A stretch of 40,288 bases of DNA from Sulfuricella sp. (GCA_039683315.1 JBDKRR010000128.1:1-40288); one strand, 5' to 3'; positions 19,474 to 28,640 are shown, numbered from the stretch's first letter. Program-made: numbers and translations. Notes: generated by a model from the sequence alone, not told the origin.

Positions 19474-19933
19474 GGTGTTGTTCCGCACCGTTTTCGCTAT
19501 CGCCCTGCTGGGCATGTCCGTGCTTGCATCCGCCGCCGGGTTTTCGTTCCAGGACACGCAGGGGAAGACTCACACCCTGGCCGGCTACAAGGGCAAATGG
19601 GTGCTGGTGAACTTCTGGGCGACCTGGTGCCCGCCCTGCCTGGAAGAAATCCCCGACCTGATCGCGCTGCACGACAAGCACAAGGACAAGGACCTGGTGG
19701 TGTTGGGCGTGGCGCTGGATTACCGCAGCCCGCAGCAGGTTAAGGAGTTCGCCGACCAGATGTTCATCACCTACCCGGTGATCCTCGGTACTTACGAATC
19801 GGCCGCCCAGGTGGGAGCGGTGAACGGCTTGCCGACCACCTACCTGTTCAATCCGCAGGGCAAGATCGTGGCCTATAACGTCGGCGCTCTCACGCGCAAG
19901 GCGATAGAAAACTATATCAAAGCGAAAAAATAG
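19454..19933 (+). CDS. TlpA-family thiol-disulfide oxidoreductase (exported)
   Basis: Signal peptide, NFWATWCPPC and GLPTT. The start could be 19454 or 19463. Confidence 0.9.
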   Translation: MTNMATKVLFRTVFAIALLGMSVLASAAGFSFQDTQGKTHTLAGYKGKWVLVNFWATWCPPCLEEIPDLIALHDKHKDKDLVVLGVALDYRSPQQVKEFADQMFITYPVILGTYESAAQVGAVNGLPTTYLFNPQGKIVAYNVGALTRKAIENYIKAKK

Positions 19934-19947
19934 GTGAGGAGAGCGGC

Positions 19948-20463
19948 ATGGCCAAATTCCTGCTGGGTCTGATGCTGTGCCTGGGCGCGTTTGCCGCTCA
20001 GGCGGAAACGCGCGACGTGCAACAGTATTTCTTCGACCAGAGCCTGGGCGATTTCAAGGCCGAGTTGGACACGGCGAAAAGGGGAGGCAAGCAAGGCATC
20101 CTGCTGATGTTCGAGATGGAAGAGTGCCCCTTCTGCCACCGCATGAAAGAGACCATCCTCAACCAGTCCGAAGTGCAGGACTATTACCGCAAGCATTTCC
20201 TGGTATTCAGCGTCGACACCGAGGGTGCCAACGCCCTGGTCGATTTTTCCGGCAAGGAAACCACGGAGAAGAAGTTCGCCCTCGACCACCGCGTGCGCGC
20301 CACACCGGCGTTCATCTTTTTCGACCTCTCCGGCCAGCCGCTCACGCGCTTCACCGGCGCGGCCAAGGACGTGAAGGAATTCATGGCGCTGGGCCGCTAC
20401 GTCGTCGATGGAGCATACAAAACCATGCCTTTCGCCAAGTACAAGCAACAGGTTGCGCAATGA
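19948..20463 (+). CDS. Periplasmic thioredoxin-fold protein, SoxW-like
   Basis: Signal peptide, FEMEECPFCHRMK and VRATP motifs. Confidence 0.8.
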   Translation: MAKFLLGLMLCLGAFAAQAETRDVQQYFFDQSLGDFKAELDTAKRGGKQGILLMFEMEECPFCHRMKETILNQSEVQDYYRKHFLVFSVDTEGANALVDFSGKETTEKKFALDHRVRATPAFIFFDLSGQPLTRFTGAAKDVKEFMALGRYVVDGAYKTMPFAKYKQQVAQ

Positions 20464-21764
20464 AATCACTCGTGCTGGCATTGTTGCTGTCGTTCGCCAG
20501 CATATCGTCGCACGCCGCCAGTGTCGCGGCGTTGACCCTCGATCAGGCACTGGCCGCGGCGCAGGAAGCCCACCCCGATCTCGCCCTGGCCGTGGCCGAT
20601 CAGGCAGCGGCCGCGGCCGATCGCGATCTCGCCGCGGCGCGCGGTGACTGGAGCCTCAGCCTCGAAGCCGGCCTGCGCCAGGCCAGGCCGACCAGCGGCC
20701 CGGACACGGTGAGCGACAACTCGCTCAAGCTCAATGCGCGCAAATCGCTCTACGACTTCGGCCGTACCGCACGCTCTACCCAGGCGGCAGATTCTCTGCT
20801 CGAAGCGCGCGCGGCCAGTCTGCTGGATGTCCGCGCGCGGCGGCGCCTCGACATCATGGCGCGCTTCTTCGCGGTGTTGCTGGCGGACATGCAATACGCC
20901 AGCGACAACGAATACATGGCCGTCGCCTACGTCAATTTCGACAACGCACGCGATCGCCTTGCAGCGGGGCAGCTCGCTGCCGCCGACGTGGCCGAACTGG
21001 AGTCTGTCTACCAGGAGTGGCTGGTCAAACGCAATGCCGCCCAGGCACGCCAGCGCCTGGCCCGCGCGCAACTGGCCAACGCCATGAACCGCCCCGGCCG
21101 GCTCGCTGCCGACCTGGCCGATCCCGACCTGGTTGGCAATAATCGTCCCTTGCCCGAATACGAACAGCTGCTGCCGCTGCTGCGCAGCTCCAGCCCGCGC
21201 CTCGCCGCACTGCGCGCCCAGCTCGCGGCGGCAACCCAGCGCATCGAGGCGGTGCGCGCCGAAAAGTCACCGGCGCTCGATCTCGAACTGGAAGCCGCCG
21301 ACTACAGCCGCGAGGCGACCACGCGGGACAACCTGCGGGGCGGCGTGGTGCTGACCTGGCCTTTGTATACCGGCAACCGGGTGAACGCGCTGATGGCGCG
21401 CGAGCAGGCGCAATTCCAGCACCTGCAGGCGGAAAGCGAAAAATTGAGCCTCGACCTGGAACAGACGCTGCTGGAAACCTGGCTCGAAATCGGCGAGCTG
21501 CAGCGCACCGCGCGCACCGCCGCGCGGAAAAACACCGACTACCGCGATCTGGCGCTGGAGCGTGCGCGCGGCCAGTACGAGATGGAGCTGAAAACCAATC
21601 TTGGCGATTCCATGGCGGCGACTATGGCCGCCAAGCTGCGCGAGCGCCAAACCGAATACCGGCTCGCCCTGGCTTTCGCCAGACTGGAGGCGCTGCTGGG
21701 CCAGCCCCTGGGAAAAGTCGCCGAGGATAAGATGGCAGGTGAAAACAAGGAGCAAACGAAATGA
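20460..21764 (+). CDS. TolC-family outer-membrane efflux protein
   Basis: Signal peptide, LTLDQAL.AA..AHP, LYDFG, WPLYTG and coiled coils. ATGA overlap with the upstream stop. Confidence 0.87.
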   Translation: MKSLVLALLLSFASISSHAASVAALTLDQALAAAQEAHPDLALAVADQAAAAADRDLAAARGDWSLSLEAGLRQARPTSGPDTVSDNSLKLNARKSLYDFGRTARSTQAADSLLEARAASLLDVRARRRLDIMARFFAVLLADMQYASDNEYMAVAYVNFDNARDRLAAGQLAAADVAELESVYQEWLVKRNAAQARQRLARAQLANAMNRPGRLAADLADPDLVGNNRPLPEYEQLLPLLRSSSPRLAALRAQLAAATQRIEAVRAEKSPALDLELEAADYSREATTRDNLRGGVVLTWPLYTGNRVNALMAREQAQFQHLQAESEKLSLDLEQTLLETWLEIGELQRTARTAARKNTDYRDLALERARGQYEMELKTNLGDSMAATMAAKLRERQTEYRLALAFARLEALLGQPLGKVAEDKMAGENKEQTK

Positions 21765-22627
21765 AACGATGGCTGATCATGACGGTCGCGCAGCGACACT
21801 TCGTCCCCCTCGCCCATTTATGGGAGAGGGAAGGGGTGAGGGAAACAAGCATGAAGCGCAGCCTCATGCTTGTTCTGATGGCAACCTGGCTGGCCGCTGC
21901 AGCTGTCCAGGCGGCTGAGGTGCCCGCCGTGCTGCAATGGTCGCAGCGGGTGGAGCTCTCCACCCCGGTTTCGGGCGTGGTGCAAACCGTGAACGCGAAG
22001 CCGGGAGACCGCGTCAAGAAAGGCCAGGCACTGCTGCAGCTCGATGACCGTATCTATGCTGCGCGCGCCGAGGAGGCCGCCGCCGCCGTGGCGCGTCAGA
22101 AGGACGAGGCCGCCGAGGCGCAGCGCGACCTGAAGCGCGTGCAGGAGCTGTATGACCGCAGCGTGATATCCACCACCGAACTGGACCAGGCCAGATTGCG
22201 CCAGGCCAGGGCGGCAGCCCAGTTCAGGGAAGCCCAGGCGCGCTACAAGCAGGAAGCGAAGAGCCGTGCCGACAGCGTGCTGCGCGCACCCTTCGACGCC
22301 CTGGTCGTGGCGCGTATGGTGGAACCGGGCCAGGCCGTGGCGGCGGGCTTGCAGCCGCAGGCCTTGCTGGCACTGGCCAAAGCCGGGGAAATGATCGCCC
22401 ACGCCCAGGTGAGCGAAGAACGGCTCAACAACCTGAAAGTCGGCGGAGAAGTGAATGTCACCGTCGGCCAGTTGCACTTCCGCGGCAGCATCACCATGCT
22501 GGGCCTGGAGCCCGCCGCGCGCGACAAGAACGGGTCGCCGCTGTACGCGCTGGAGGTGTTGTTCGCGCCCGGGGAAAATGTGTTGCGGGCCGGGGGGCAG
22601 GCGTCGCTGACTTTGCCGGGGCGGTGA
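21761..22627 (+). CDS. Membrane-fusion / periplasmic adaptor subunit of an efflux system (alternative start 21851)
   Basis: VSGVV..V..KPGDRVKKGQ.L..LD and LRAPFD lipoyl motifs around an alpha-hairpin. The signal peptide begins at 21851. Confidence 0.87.
   Translation: MKRWLIMTVAQRHFVPLAHLWEREGVRETSMKRSLMLVLMATWLAAAAVQAAEVPAVLQWSQRVELSTPVSGVVQTVNAKPGDRVKKGQALLQLDDRIYAARAEEAAAAVARQKDEAAEAQRDLKRVQELYDRSVISTTELDQARLRQARAAAQFREAQARYKQEAKSRADSVLRAPFDALVVARMVEPGQAVAAGLQPQALLALAKAGEMIAHAQVSEERLNNLKVGGEVNVTVGQLHFRGSITMLGLEPAARDKNGSPLYALEVLFAPGENVLRAGGQASLTLPGR
21805..21842 (-). repeat. CCCTCNCCC...GGGAGAGGG palindromic repeat, copy 1
   Basis: CCCCTCGCCCA-TTTA-TGGGAGAGGG-AAGGGGTGAGGG, in reverse orientation relative to the copies at 26248 and 28681. 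Confidence 0.8.
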
Positions 22628-22659
22628 GTGCGCGTGGTGTGTGGTGCCCCGTTCGCCAG

Positions 22660-23016
22660 TTATGCGGCTGCCAAAAGACTTTCGTAAGGGATGTGCAAGC
22701 CGTCGTGCAGCCGCTTCACCATTTTTAGACTCAACCTGCGCTTGTGATTCAACACTTCGGAAACTCGACCGCTGGAACCGATAAATGGCTCAAGGTCTTT
22801 CGGGGTGAGTCCCTGCTGCTCCATTCTGAATTTTATCGCTTCGACCGGATCCACCACGCCTATCGGGAAATGCTTGTGTTCATACGCTTCAATAAGCGTC
22901 ACAAGGATTTCCATCTCGTCTGCTTCCGGCGTTCCCTCCTGCGCCTGGTAGACGATTTCCAGACGCTTGAATGCGGCGAGCAAGTCGTCGTCGTTGCGGA
23001 TCGGCTTAATATTCAT
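22660..23016 (-). CDS. higA: HigA-family HTH antitoxin
   Basis: IKPIRN, LIEAYE, DPVEAIKFRMEQ.GL and RVSEVLN.KR.LS motifs. Confidence 0.9.
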   Translation of the reverse strand: MNIKPIRNDDDLLAAFKRLEIVYQAQEGTPEADEMEILVTLIEAYEHKHFPIGVVDPVEAIKFRMEQQGLTPKDLEPFIGSSGRVSEVLNHKRRLSLKMVKRLHDGLHIPYESLLAAA

Positions 23017-23314
23017 TGACGGTCTCCACGTTGATCTGGTCGTATTGAGCATGGGTTCCAACGAATTTCACCCACACAATTCCGGCCCGATATTGCATCT
23101 CGACGACTAATCGGTATTTGTTCCCGGAAATGTTGAACACCACACGGTTGTTGCCGCAGATGCTCGCACTTCTGTACTGCTCTTTTATGTCCTGCGGAGT
23201 TTTCCAGTCCGCCTTAATCGCTTCGTCGTACCAGCTTTGTAAGGCGCCTTTCGAATCCGCACATTCGGGCCGACTCCAATACTTGACCAGCGTGCTCTTG
23301 GCAATCACTCTCAC
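23006..23314 (-). CDS. higB: HigB-family mRNA interferase toxin
   Basis: MRVIAKSTL, W.TPQDIK..Y.SAS, RVVFNISGNKYRL and FVGTHAQYD. GTG start with a GGGAG ribosome-binding site. Confidence 0.92.
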   Translation of the reverse strand: MRVIAKSTLVKYWSRPECADSKGALQSWYDEAIKADWKTPQDIKEQYRSASICGNNRVVFNISGNKYRLVVEMQYRAGIVWVKFVGTHAQYDQINVETVNEY

Positions 23315-23322
23315 GATCAAAG

Positions 23323-23366
23323 CTCCCATTTTGGGAGATTGTATGGCGATTGAACCAATGGGTCAA
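23323..23366 (-). promoter_or_regulatory. higBA sigma70 promoter with palindromic operator
   Basis: Minus strand TTGACC-N17-TACAAT, with the palindrome CTCCCA-TTT-TGGGAG (23323-23337) immediately downstream of -10. Confidence 0.72.
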
Positions 23367-23485
23367 TCTTTGACATTACAACCTTCATCCGCATGAGCTT
23401 CCTTTGGTGGCCGTTGCTGCCCAACAACTTGCACGAAGCGCAGCATCCCGATCCGTTCCCTCGCCCCCCGTGCTAAAATACGCCC

Positions 23486-23672
23486 CGTTTCAGGTGCCCC
23501 TGTCGCCATCCGGCGCAGGAGTTAAACGGGAAATCGGTGAGTCTGCCTCAGGGCGGATCAAGCCGATGCTGCCCCCGCAACGGTAAGCGAGTGCGGGCGT
23601 ATCAACCAGCCACTGTGTGCAAACATGGGAAGGCGATACGTCAAGACTTGCGAGCCCGGAGACCGGCCTGGA
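23486..23672 (+). ncRNA. Cobalamin riboswitch
   Basis: AGGTGC...AAACGGGAA.CGGTG...CCG..GCTGCCCCCGCAACGGTAA...GCCACTG...GGGAAGG...GAGCCCGGAGACCGGCC, upstream of btuB. An extended -10 (TGCTAAAAT) lies just before it. Ends are approximate. Confidence 0.95.
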
Positions 23673-23795
23673 ACAGGACGTGGGAATGCCGCGGGGTGAC
23701 GGTTAGCCAGCATGGCCTTGTGCCATTCCGGGGTATTTCCATTATTTGAGCTCATGGCCTGCGGGGACGCTGGCCGGAATTATGGAAAACCTGAA

Positions 23796-25685
23796 ATGAA
23801 GCGAAACATCAAACTGGGCCTGGCATCCCTGGCCCTGGTCACCGGCGCCGGCGCCGAACAATTGCCGGTTTATCCACTCGACGACATCGTTGTTACAGCC
23901 ACGCGCACGGCGCGCAGCGCGGACGAAACCCTGGCTTCGGCTACCGTCATTACGCGCAGCGATATCGAGCACAGCCAGGCGAACAACCTGATGGCGTTGC
24001 TCAATCAATATGCGGGGCTGAACGCGGCCCGTACCGGAGGCGAAGGCAAGGGCACCTCCATCTACTTGCGCGGCACCGCCGCAAAGCATGTCCTGGTGCT
24101 GGTGGACGGCGTGCGCGCGGCTTCGGCAACGACCGGCGAATATGACTGGAATGCGCTGTCTCCCGAGCAGATCGAGCGCATCGAGATCGTGCGCGGCCCG
24201 CTTTCCAGCCTGTATGGCTCCGATGCCATCGGCGGCGTGATCCAGATATTTACGCGCCGCAATGCCAGCTCTGGCGTGAGCGCGACTGTCGGCAGCAGGG
24301 GGACGCAAGCCCTGAATGCCTACCTGGGCGGCGGCGATGACTGGCGTTACAGCGTGGAGGCCGGCAGCGAGTCGACCGATGGGCTGCCCACCTTTTCCAC
24401 CGATGCCACCGCTTATGGTTTCAAACGCAACCATGCGGCATTCGGCCTCGACGGCAATATCACGCCGGATTTGTCGCTCGGCCTCAGGCTGGCGCAGTCT
24501 GAGGGGCGCAACGAACTGGACCCGGCCACCGGCAACAACGATTACCGGAACCGCACCGCCAGCCTGAAGCTCGGCCATCGCATCAATCAGGGCTGGACCC
24601 AGACCCTGGTGTTGGGCAACGCGCTGGACAGCTTTACCTCGCATAGCCCGTATATCCCCTCCGGGATCACCACCTCGCGGGACAGCCTGTCCTGGCAGCA
24701 CGACCTGCTCACGGCGGCAGGCCGGTTCAGCATCGGCGCGGACTACTGGAAGGACCGCGCCACCAAGAACAACAGCGGCACCATCGACAAAAGCGTCGAG
24801 AACACGGGCCTGTTCGCGCAATACCAGTTCGCTGCGCTGGGCGGGGACGCCCAGCTGGGTGCGCGCCGCGACAAACACGAGGTCTTCGGCGGCTACAACA
24901 CCTGGAATGTCGGCTGGGGTCGCGACCTCTCCCCGGCGCTGCGGCTGACCGCCACGCACGGTACCGCCTTCAAGGCGCCCACCGTCAACGACCTGTTCTG
25001 GCCCTTCAGCAGCGAGAGCTACAGCTATGCATGGGGCGGAACCACCTACACCGACACCTATGTCACCCAGGGTAATCCCAACCTCAGACCGGAAACCTCG
25101 CGCAGCTCGGAATTAGGGCTGCGCTACCGGCAAGCGACCTGGAATGTGGGCGCAAACCTGTATGAAACGCAGATCAAGGAGCTGATCGATTGGGCGCCAG
25201 CCATCACCCCGGGCGGCATCGTCGGCGGGGCAGTCCTTACGACCTACAGCTACCAGCCGGCCAACGTCAGCTCGGCCCGTATCCGCGGACTCGAGCTGAC
25301 CGGCCACGCCCTTGGGCTGGGCTGGGACTGGACTGCCGCATACACGCGTTTGCTTGCGGAAAATCTCGATACCGGCAACCAGCTGGACCGCCGTCCGAAA
25401 GACAGCCTGATCCTCGCTGCGTCGCGCCAGTTCGGCGCGCACCGGCTGCGCCTCGAAGGCAGCGCCTATTCCGAACGGCAGGACGTCCAGGGTACGCGCC
25501 AGTTAGCCGGCTACGGCCTGGTCAACGCGATCTACGAGTATGCGCTGAACAAGGACACGGCTCTCGGCCTGCGGATGGAAAACGTATTCGACAAGGATTA
25601 TGCTCTGGCTCGCACTTCCACTCGCCTCTACGCTGCACCGGGGCGCGGCCTGTTCGTGGCCCTGCGTTATCAACCTGTCAAATAA
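23796..25685 (+). CDS. btuB: TonB-dependent cobalamin receptor
   Basis: TonB box DDIVVTA, plug motif IERIEIVRGPLSSLYGSDAIGGVIQIFT, TAFKAPT and GNPNLRPE; under a B12 riboswitch. Confidence 0.9.
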   Translation: MKRNIKLGLASLALVTGAGAEQLPVYPLDDIVVTATRTARSADETLASATVITRSDIEHSQANNLMALLNQYAGLNAARTGGEGKGTSIYLRGTAAKHVLVLVDGVRAASATTGEYDWNALSPEQIERIEIVRGPLSSLYGSDAIGGVIQIFTRRNASSGVSATVGSRGTQALNAYLGGGDDWRYSVEAGSESTDGLPTFSTDATAYGFKRNHAAFGLDGNITPDLSLGLRLAQSEGRNELDPATGNNDYRNRTASLKLGHRINQGWTQTLVLGNALDSFTSHSPYIPSGITTSRDSLSWQHDLLTAAGRFSIGADYWKDRATKNNSGTIDKSVENTGLFAQYQFAALGGDAQLGARRDKHEVFGGYNTWNVGWGRDLSPALRLTATHGTAFKAPTVNDLFWPFSSESYSYAWGGTTYTDTYVTQGNPNLRPETSRSSELGLRYRQATWNVGANLYETQIKELIDWAPAITPGGIVGGAVLTTYSYQPANVSSARIRGLELTGHALGLGWDWTAAYTRLLAENLDTGNQLDRRPKDSLILAASRQFGAHRLRLEGSAYSERQDVQGTRQLAGYGLVNAIYEYALNKDTALGLRMENVFDKDYALARTSTRLYAAPGRGLFVALRYQPVK

Positions 25686-25695
25686 GGAGCATGCC

Positions 25696-26310
25696 ATGCT
25701 GTCTTCGATTTCGCGCCGGCAACTCGCCGGCGGCGGCGCACTGGCCCTGCTGATGGCCCTCACCCGCAGCCATCACTGGGCGACGCTGCATGCCCTGCCA
25801 GACGCCTCCTGGGCGGTGTTTTTCCTCGCCGGCATCTACCTGCGGCCTCTCTGGGCCGTGCCCGTGCTGATGCTGGAGGCGGCGCTGGTCGATTACCTCG
25901 CCATCACCGTGGGCGGTGTGAGCGATTTCTGCGTCTCGCCCGCCTACGGCTTCCTCATCCCGGCCTATGCCGTCCTGTTCCTGGCCGGCCGCGTCTACGC
26001 CCGACGCCATCGCCTGTCCTGGTCGGCGCTGCCGTGGCTGCTGGGTTGCGCGCTGGGCGGCGCGGGGTTGGCCGAACTGTTCTCCAGCGGCGGTTTTTAT
26101 TTCTTCTCCCGTCGTTTCGCCGATCCCGTCCTGGCTGAATTCATCCCGCGTCTGGTGAAGTATTTCCCCGCCACGCTCTCGTCCCTTGCGCTTTACCTCG
26201 GCCTGGCCGCGCTGGTGCATGTCGTTGTGGCAGGGCTGCCGGGGCGTCCCTCTCCCCAACCCTCTCCCGCTTGCGGGAGAGGGGGCAAACGTGAAGGGCG
26301 ATTGTTGTGA
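25696..26310 (+). CDS. btuM: Solitary ECF-type S-component cobalamin transporter
   Basis: TRSHHW, LPDASWA.FF, DFCVSPAY and GGFYF.S.RF.DP closely match the Thiobacillus denitrificans BtuM as I recall it. AAGGAG ribosome-binding site. Confidence 0.88.
   Translation: MLSSISRRQLAGGGALALLMALTRSHHWATLHALPDASWAVFFLAGIYLRPLWAVPVLMLEAALVDYLAITVGGVSDFCVSPAYGFLIPAYAVLFLAGRVYARRHRLSWSALPWLLGCALGGAGLAELFSSGGFYFFSRRFADPVLAEFIPRLVKYFPATLSSLALYLGLAALVHVVVAGLPGRPSPQPSPACGRGGKREGRLL
26248..26285 (+). repeat. CCCTCNCCC...GGGAGAGGG palindromic repeat, copy 2 (inside the btuM 3' end)
   Basis: CCCTCTCCCCAA-CCCTCTCCCGC-TT-GCGGGAGAGGG, translated as PSPQPSPACGRG. Confidence 0.85.
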
Positions 26311-26909
26311 TTGACGATCTCGACAGCCGCCACAAGGCCCGCATGGCGCGCAAGAAAGCGCTGATCGACGCGAACATCGCGCGCGCCGGCGACGAGCGCG
26401 GCCTGCTGATCGTGCTCACCGGCAACGGCAAGGGCAAGAGCTCCTCCGCCTTCGGCATGGTGGCACGCGCCCTGGGGCACGGCATGAAAGTGGGTGTGGC
26501 GCAGTTCATCAAGAGTCGCACCGACACCGGCGAAGAGGCCTTCTTCAGCCGCCAGCCCGGCGTGGAATGGCACGTGCTCGGCGACGGCTTCACCTGGGAC
26601 ACCCAGGATCGCGCACAGGACATCGCCACCGCCCGGCGCGGCTGGGAGGTCGCGCAGCGCATGCTGGCAGATGCCTCGTTCGACCTGGTGGTGCTGGACG
26701 AACTCACCTACCTGCTGAGCTACGGCTACCTCGACCAGGACGCCGTGCTGGACGCTATCGCCGCACGGCCTCCGATGCAGCACGTGGTCGTTACCGGGCG
26801 CGGCGCCTCGCCTGCACTGGTCGAGCTGGCCGACACGGTGTCGGAAATCGCCGACGAAAAACACGCCTATCGCGCCGGGGTCAAGGCGCAGAAAGGCGTG
26901 GATTTATGA
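26307..26909 (+). CDS. cobO: Cob(I)alamin adenosyltransferase (CobO/BtuR)
   Basis: TGNGKGKSS.AFG, GFTWDTQ, LDEL, TGR and KHAY..G.KAQ.G motifs. Confidence 0.95.
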   Translation: MIDDLDSRHKARMARKKALIDANIARAGDERGLLIVLTGNGKGKSSSAFGMVARALGHGMKVGVAQFIKSRTDTGEEAFFSRQPGVEWHVLGDGFTWDTQDRAQDIATARRGWEVAQRMLADASFDLVVLDELTYLLSYGYLDQDAVLDAIAARPPMQHVVVTGRGASPALVELADTVSEIADEKHAYRAGVKAQKGVDL

Positions 26910-26951
26910 TGAGCGTTGGTTTTAATTGGATTGCTTTTTTCCGGAGCGCTT

Positions 26952-27043
26952 CCCTCATCCCACCCGCAAGGAGTGTCCCCGCCGCGAGTGGCAGCAGAGC
27001 TGCTCACACGGGCGAGACAACCTTCTCCCAGAGGGAGAAGGGG
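26952..27043 (+). repeat. CCCTCNCCC-family repeat, copy 3, interrupted by an insert of about 55 bp
   Basis: CCCTCATCCCA...[insert]...AACCTTCTCCC-AGA-GGGAGAAGGGG. Confidence 0.65.
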
Positions 27044-27069
27044 CAATGGTAAAGGACGCTTGTTTTGGA

Positions 27070-27588
27070 ATGGAACTGATTCTTGGCGGCGCGCGCTCCG
27101 GCAAGAGCGCGCTGGCCGAACGGTTGGCGCGGGAATCCTGGCTGGCCGTGACCTACATCGCCACCGCCACCGCCGGGGACGGCGAAATGAGCGCGCGCAT
27201 CGCCCACCATCAGGCGCGGCGTCCTGCCGAGTGGCGCCTGGTGGAAGAGCCGTTGCGGCTGGCCGAGGTCATGAAAACCCATGCCGCCCCGGATAGCTGC
27301 CTGATCGTGGATTGCCTCACCCTGTGGCTCAACAACCTGCTCGCCGCGGAAGACGAAAACCTGTTGCGCCGCGAGAGCGAGGCTTTGCTGCACACCCTGC
27401 CCGATTTACCGGGGCGCATCCTGCTGGTGAGCAACGAGGTCGGCATGGGCATCGTGCCGCTGGGTGAACTGTCGCGCCGTTTCTGTGATGAGGCGGGACG
27501 ACTACATCAGGATCTGGCGCGAATCTGCGACCGGGTGGTATTCGTGGCGGCCGGATTGCCGCTGGTATTGAAAGGATCGCCTCTATGA
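27070..27588 (+). CDS. cobU: Adenosylcobinamide kinase / guanylyltransferase (alternative start 27046)
   Basis: GGARSGKS, EM..RI..H..RR, DCLTLWL and SNEVG.GIVP motifs. Confidence 0.95.
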   Translation: MELILGGARSGKSALAERLARESWLAVTYIATATAGDGEMSARIAHHQARRPAEWRLVEEPLRLAEVMKTHAAPDSCLIVDCLTLWLNNLLAAEDENLLRRESEALLHTLPDLPGRILLVSNEVGMGIVPLGELSRRFCDEAGRLHQDLARICDRVVFVAAGLPLVLKGSPL

Positions 27589-28640
27589 ACATGCAATGGC
27601 TGGAAACCCCGGCTCAACCGATCGACCAGGCTGTCCTGGCCGCCGCGCAAGCCCGCCAGGGCCAGCTCACCAAGCCGCCGGGCTCGCTCGGCTGCCTGGA
27701 AGAAATCGCCGTGCGCCTGGCGGCCATGCAGGGCACGCAGCAGCCCAGCCTGGAGCGGGTGCGCATCACGGTGTTCGCCGCCGACCACGGCATTGCCGAC
27801 GAAAGCGTGTCGGCCTTTCCCCAGGCCGTCACCGGCCAGATGATCGCCAATTTCGCCCATGGCGGCGCGGCCATCAGCGTGCTGGCGCGCAACCTCGGCG
27901 CCTCGCTGGAAGTGGTGGACGTGGGCAGCAAATCGGATTCCGCCGCGATGCTGGGCGTGATCGTCAACAAGGCGGGAGAGGGTACGGCCAATTTCCGGCG
28001 CCAACCGGCCATGAGCGAAAGCCAGCTTGCGGCCGCCCTGCAGGTCGGACGGGATGCCGTGATACAGGCACTGAAGGATGACGCCCAGCTTTTCATCGGT
28101 GGTGAAATGGGCATCGCCAACACCAGCGCCGCCACTGCAGTGGCCTGTGCCCTGCTGGGGAAATCGGCATTTGAAATCGCCGGTCCCGGCACCGGGCTGG
28201 ACGCCAGCGGCGTCAGCCGCAAGGCGCAAATCATCGACGACGCCTTGGCCCTGCACCGGTCCGCGCTGACCTCGCCGCTGGAAATCCTGCGCCATGTCGG
28301 CGGTTTCGAGATCGCGGCCTTGTGCGGCGCCTACATCGCCAGCGCCCAGGCCGGCCTGCCGGTGCTGGTGGACGGCTTCATCGCCAGCAGCGCCGCCCTG
28401 CTCGCTCTGCGCATCCGCCCCGACGTGGCGGACTGGCTGTTCTTCGGCCACGCCTCGGCCGAGCCGGGCTATGTTCACCTCATGCAAGCCCTCGACGCCC
28501 GCCCCCTGGTGAACCTCGACATGCGCCTGGGCGAAGGCAGCGGCGCGGCGGTGGCGCTGCCCATCCTGCGCTTGGCCGCCGCGCTGCACGGCCAGATGGC
28601 GACTTTCGCCGAGGCCGGGGTGTCAGCAAAACGGGCATGA
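27585..28640 (+). CDS. cobT: Nicotinate-nucleotide:dimethylbenzimidazole phosphoribosyltransferase
   Basis: LTKPPGSLG, ADHG, GEMGIANT, RLGEGSGA and MATF motifs. Confidence 0.96.
   Translation: MNMQWLETPAQPIDQAVLAAAQARQGQLTKPPGSLGCLEEIAVRLAAMQGTQQPSLERVRITVFAADHGIADESVSAFPQAVTGQMIANFAHGGAAISVLARNLGASLEVVDVGSKSDSAAMLGVIVNKAGEGTANFRRQPAMSESQLAAALQVGRDAVIQALKDDAQLFIGGEMGIANTSAATAVACALLGKSAFEIAGPGTGLDASGVSRKAQIIDDALALHRSALTSPLEILRHVGGFEIAALCGAYIASAQAGLPVLVDGFIASSAALLALRIRPDVADWLFFGHASAEPGYVHLMQALDARPLVNLDMRLGEGSGAAVALPILRLAAALHGQMATFAEAGVSAKRA

Noticed and set aside
22628-23480. IS or integrative element around higBA
   Set aside because: No transposase, integrase, tRNA or flanking direct repeats were detected.
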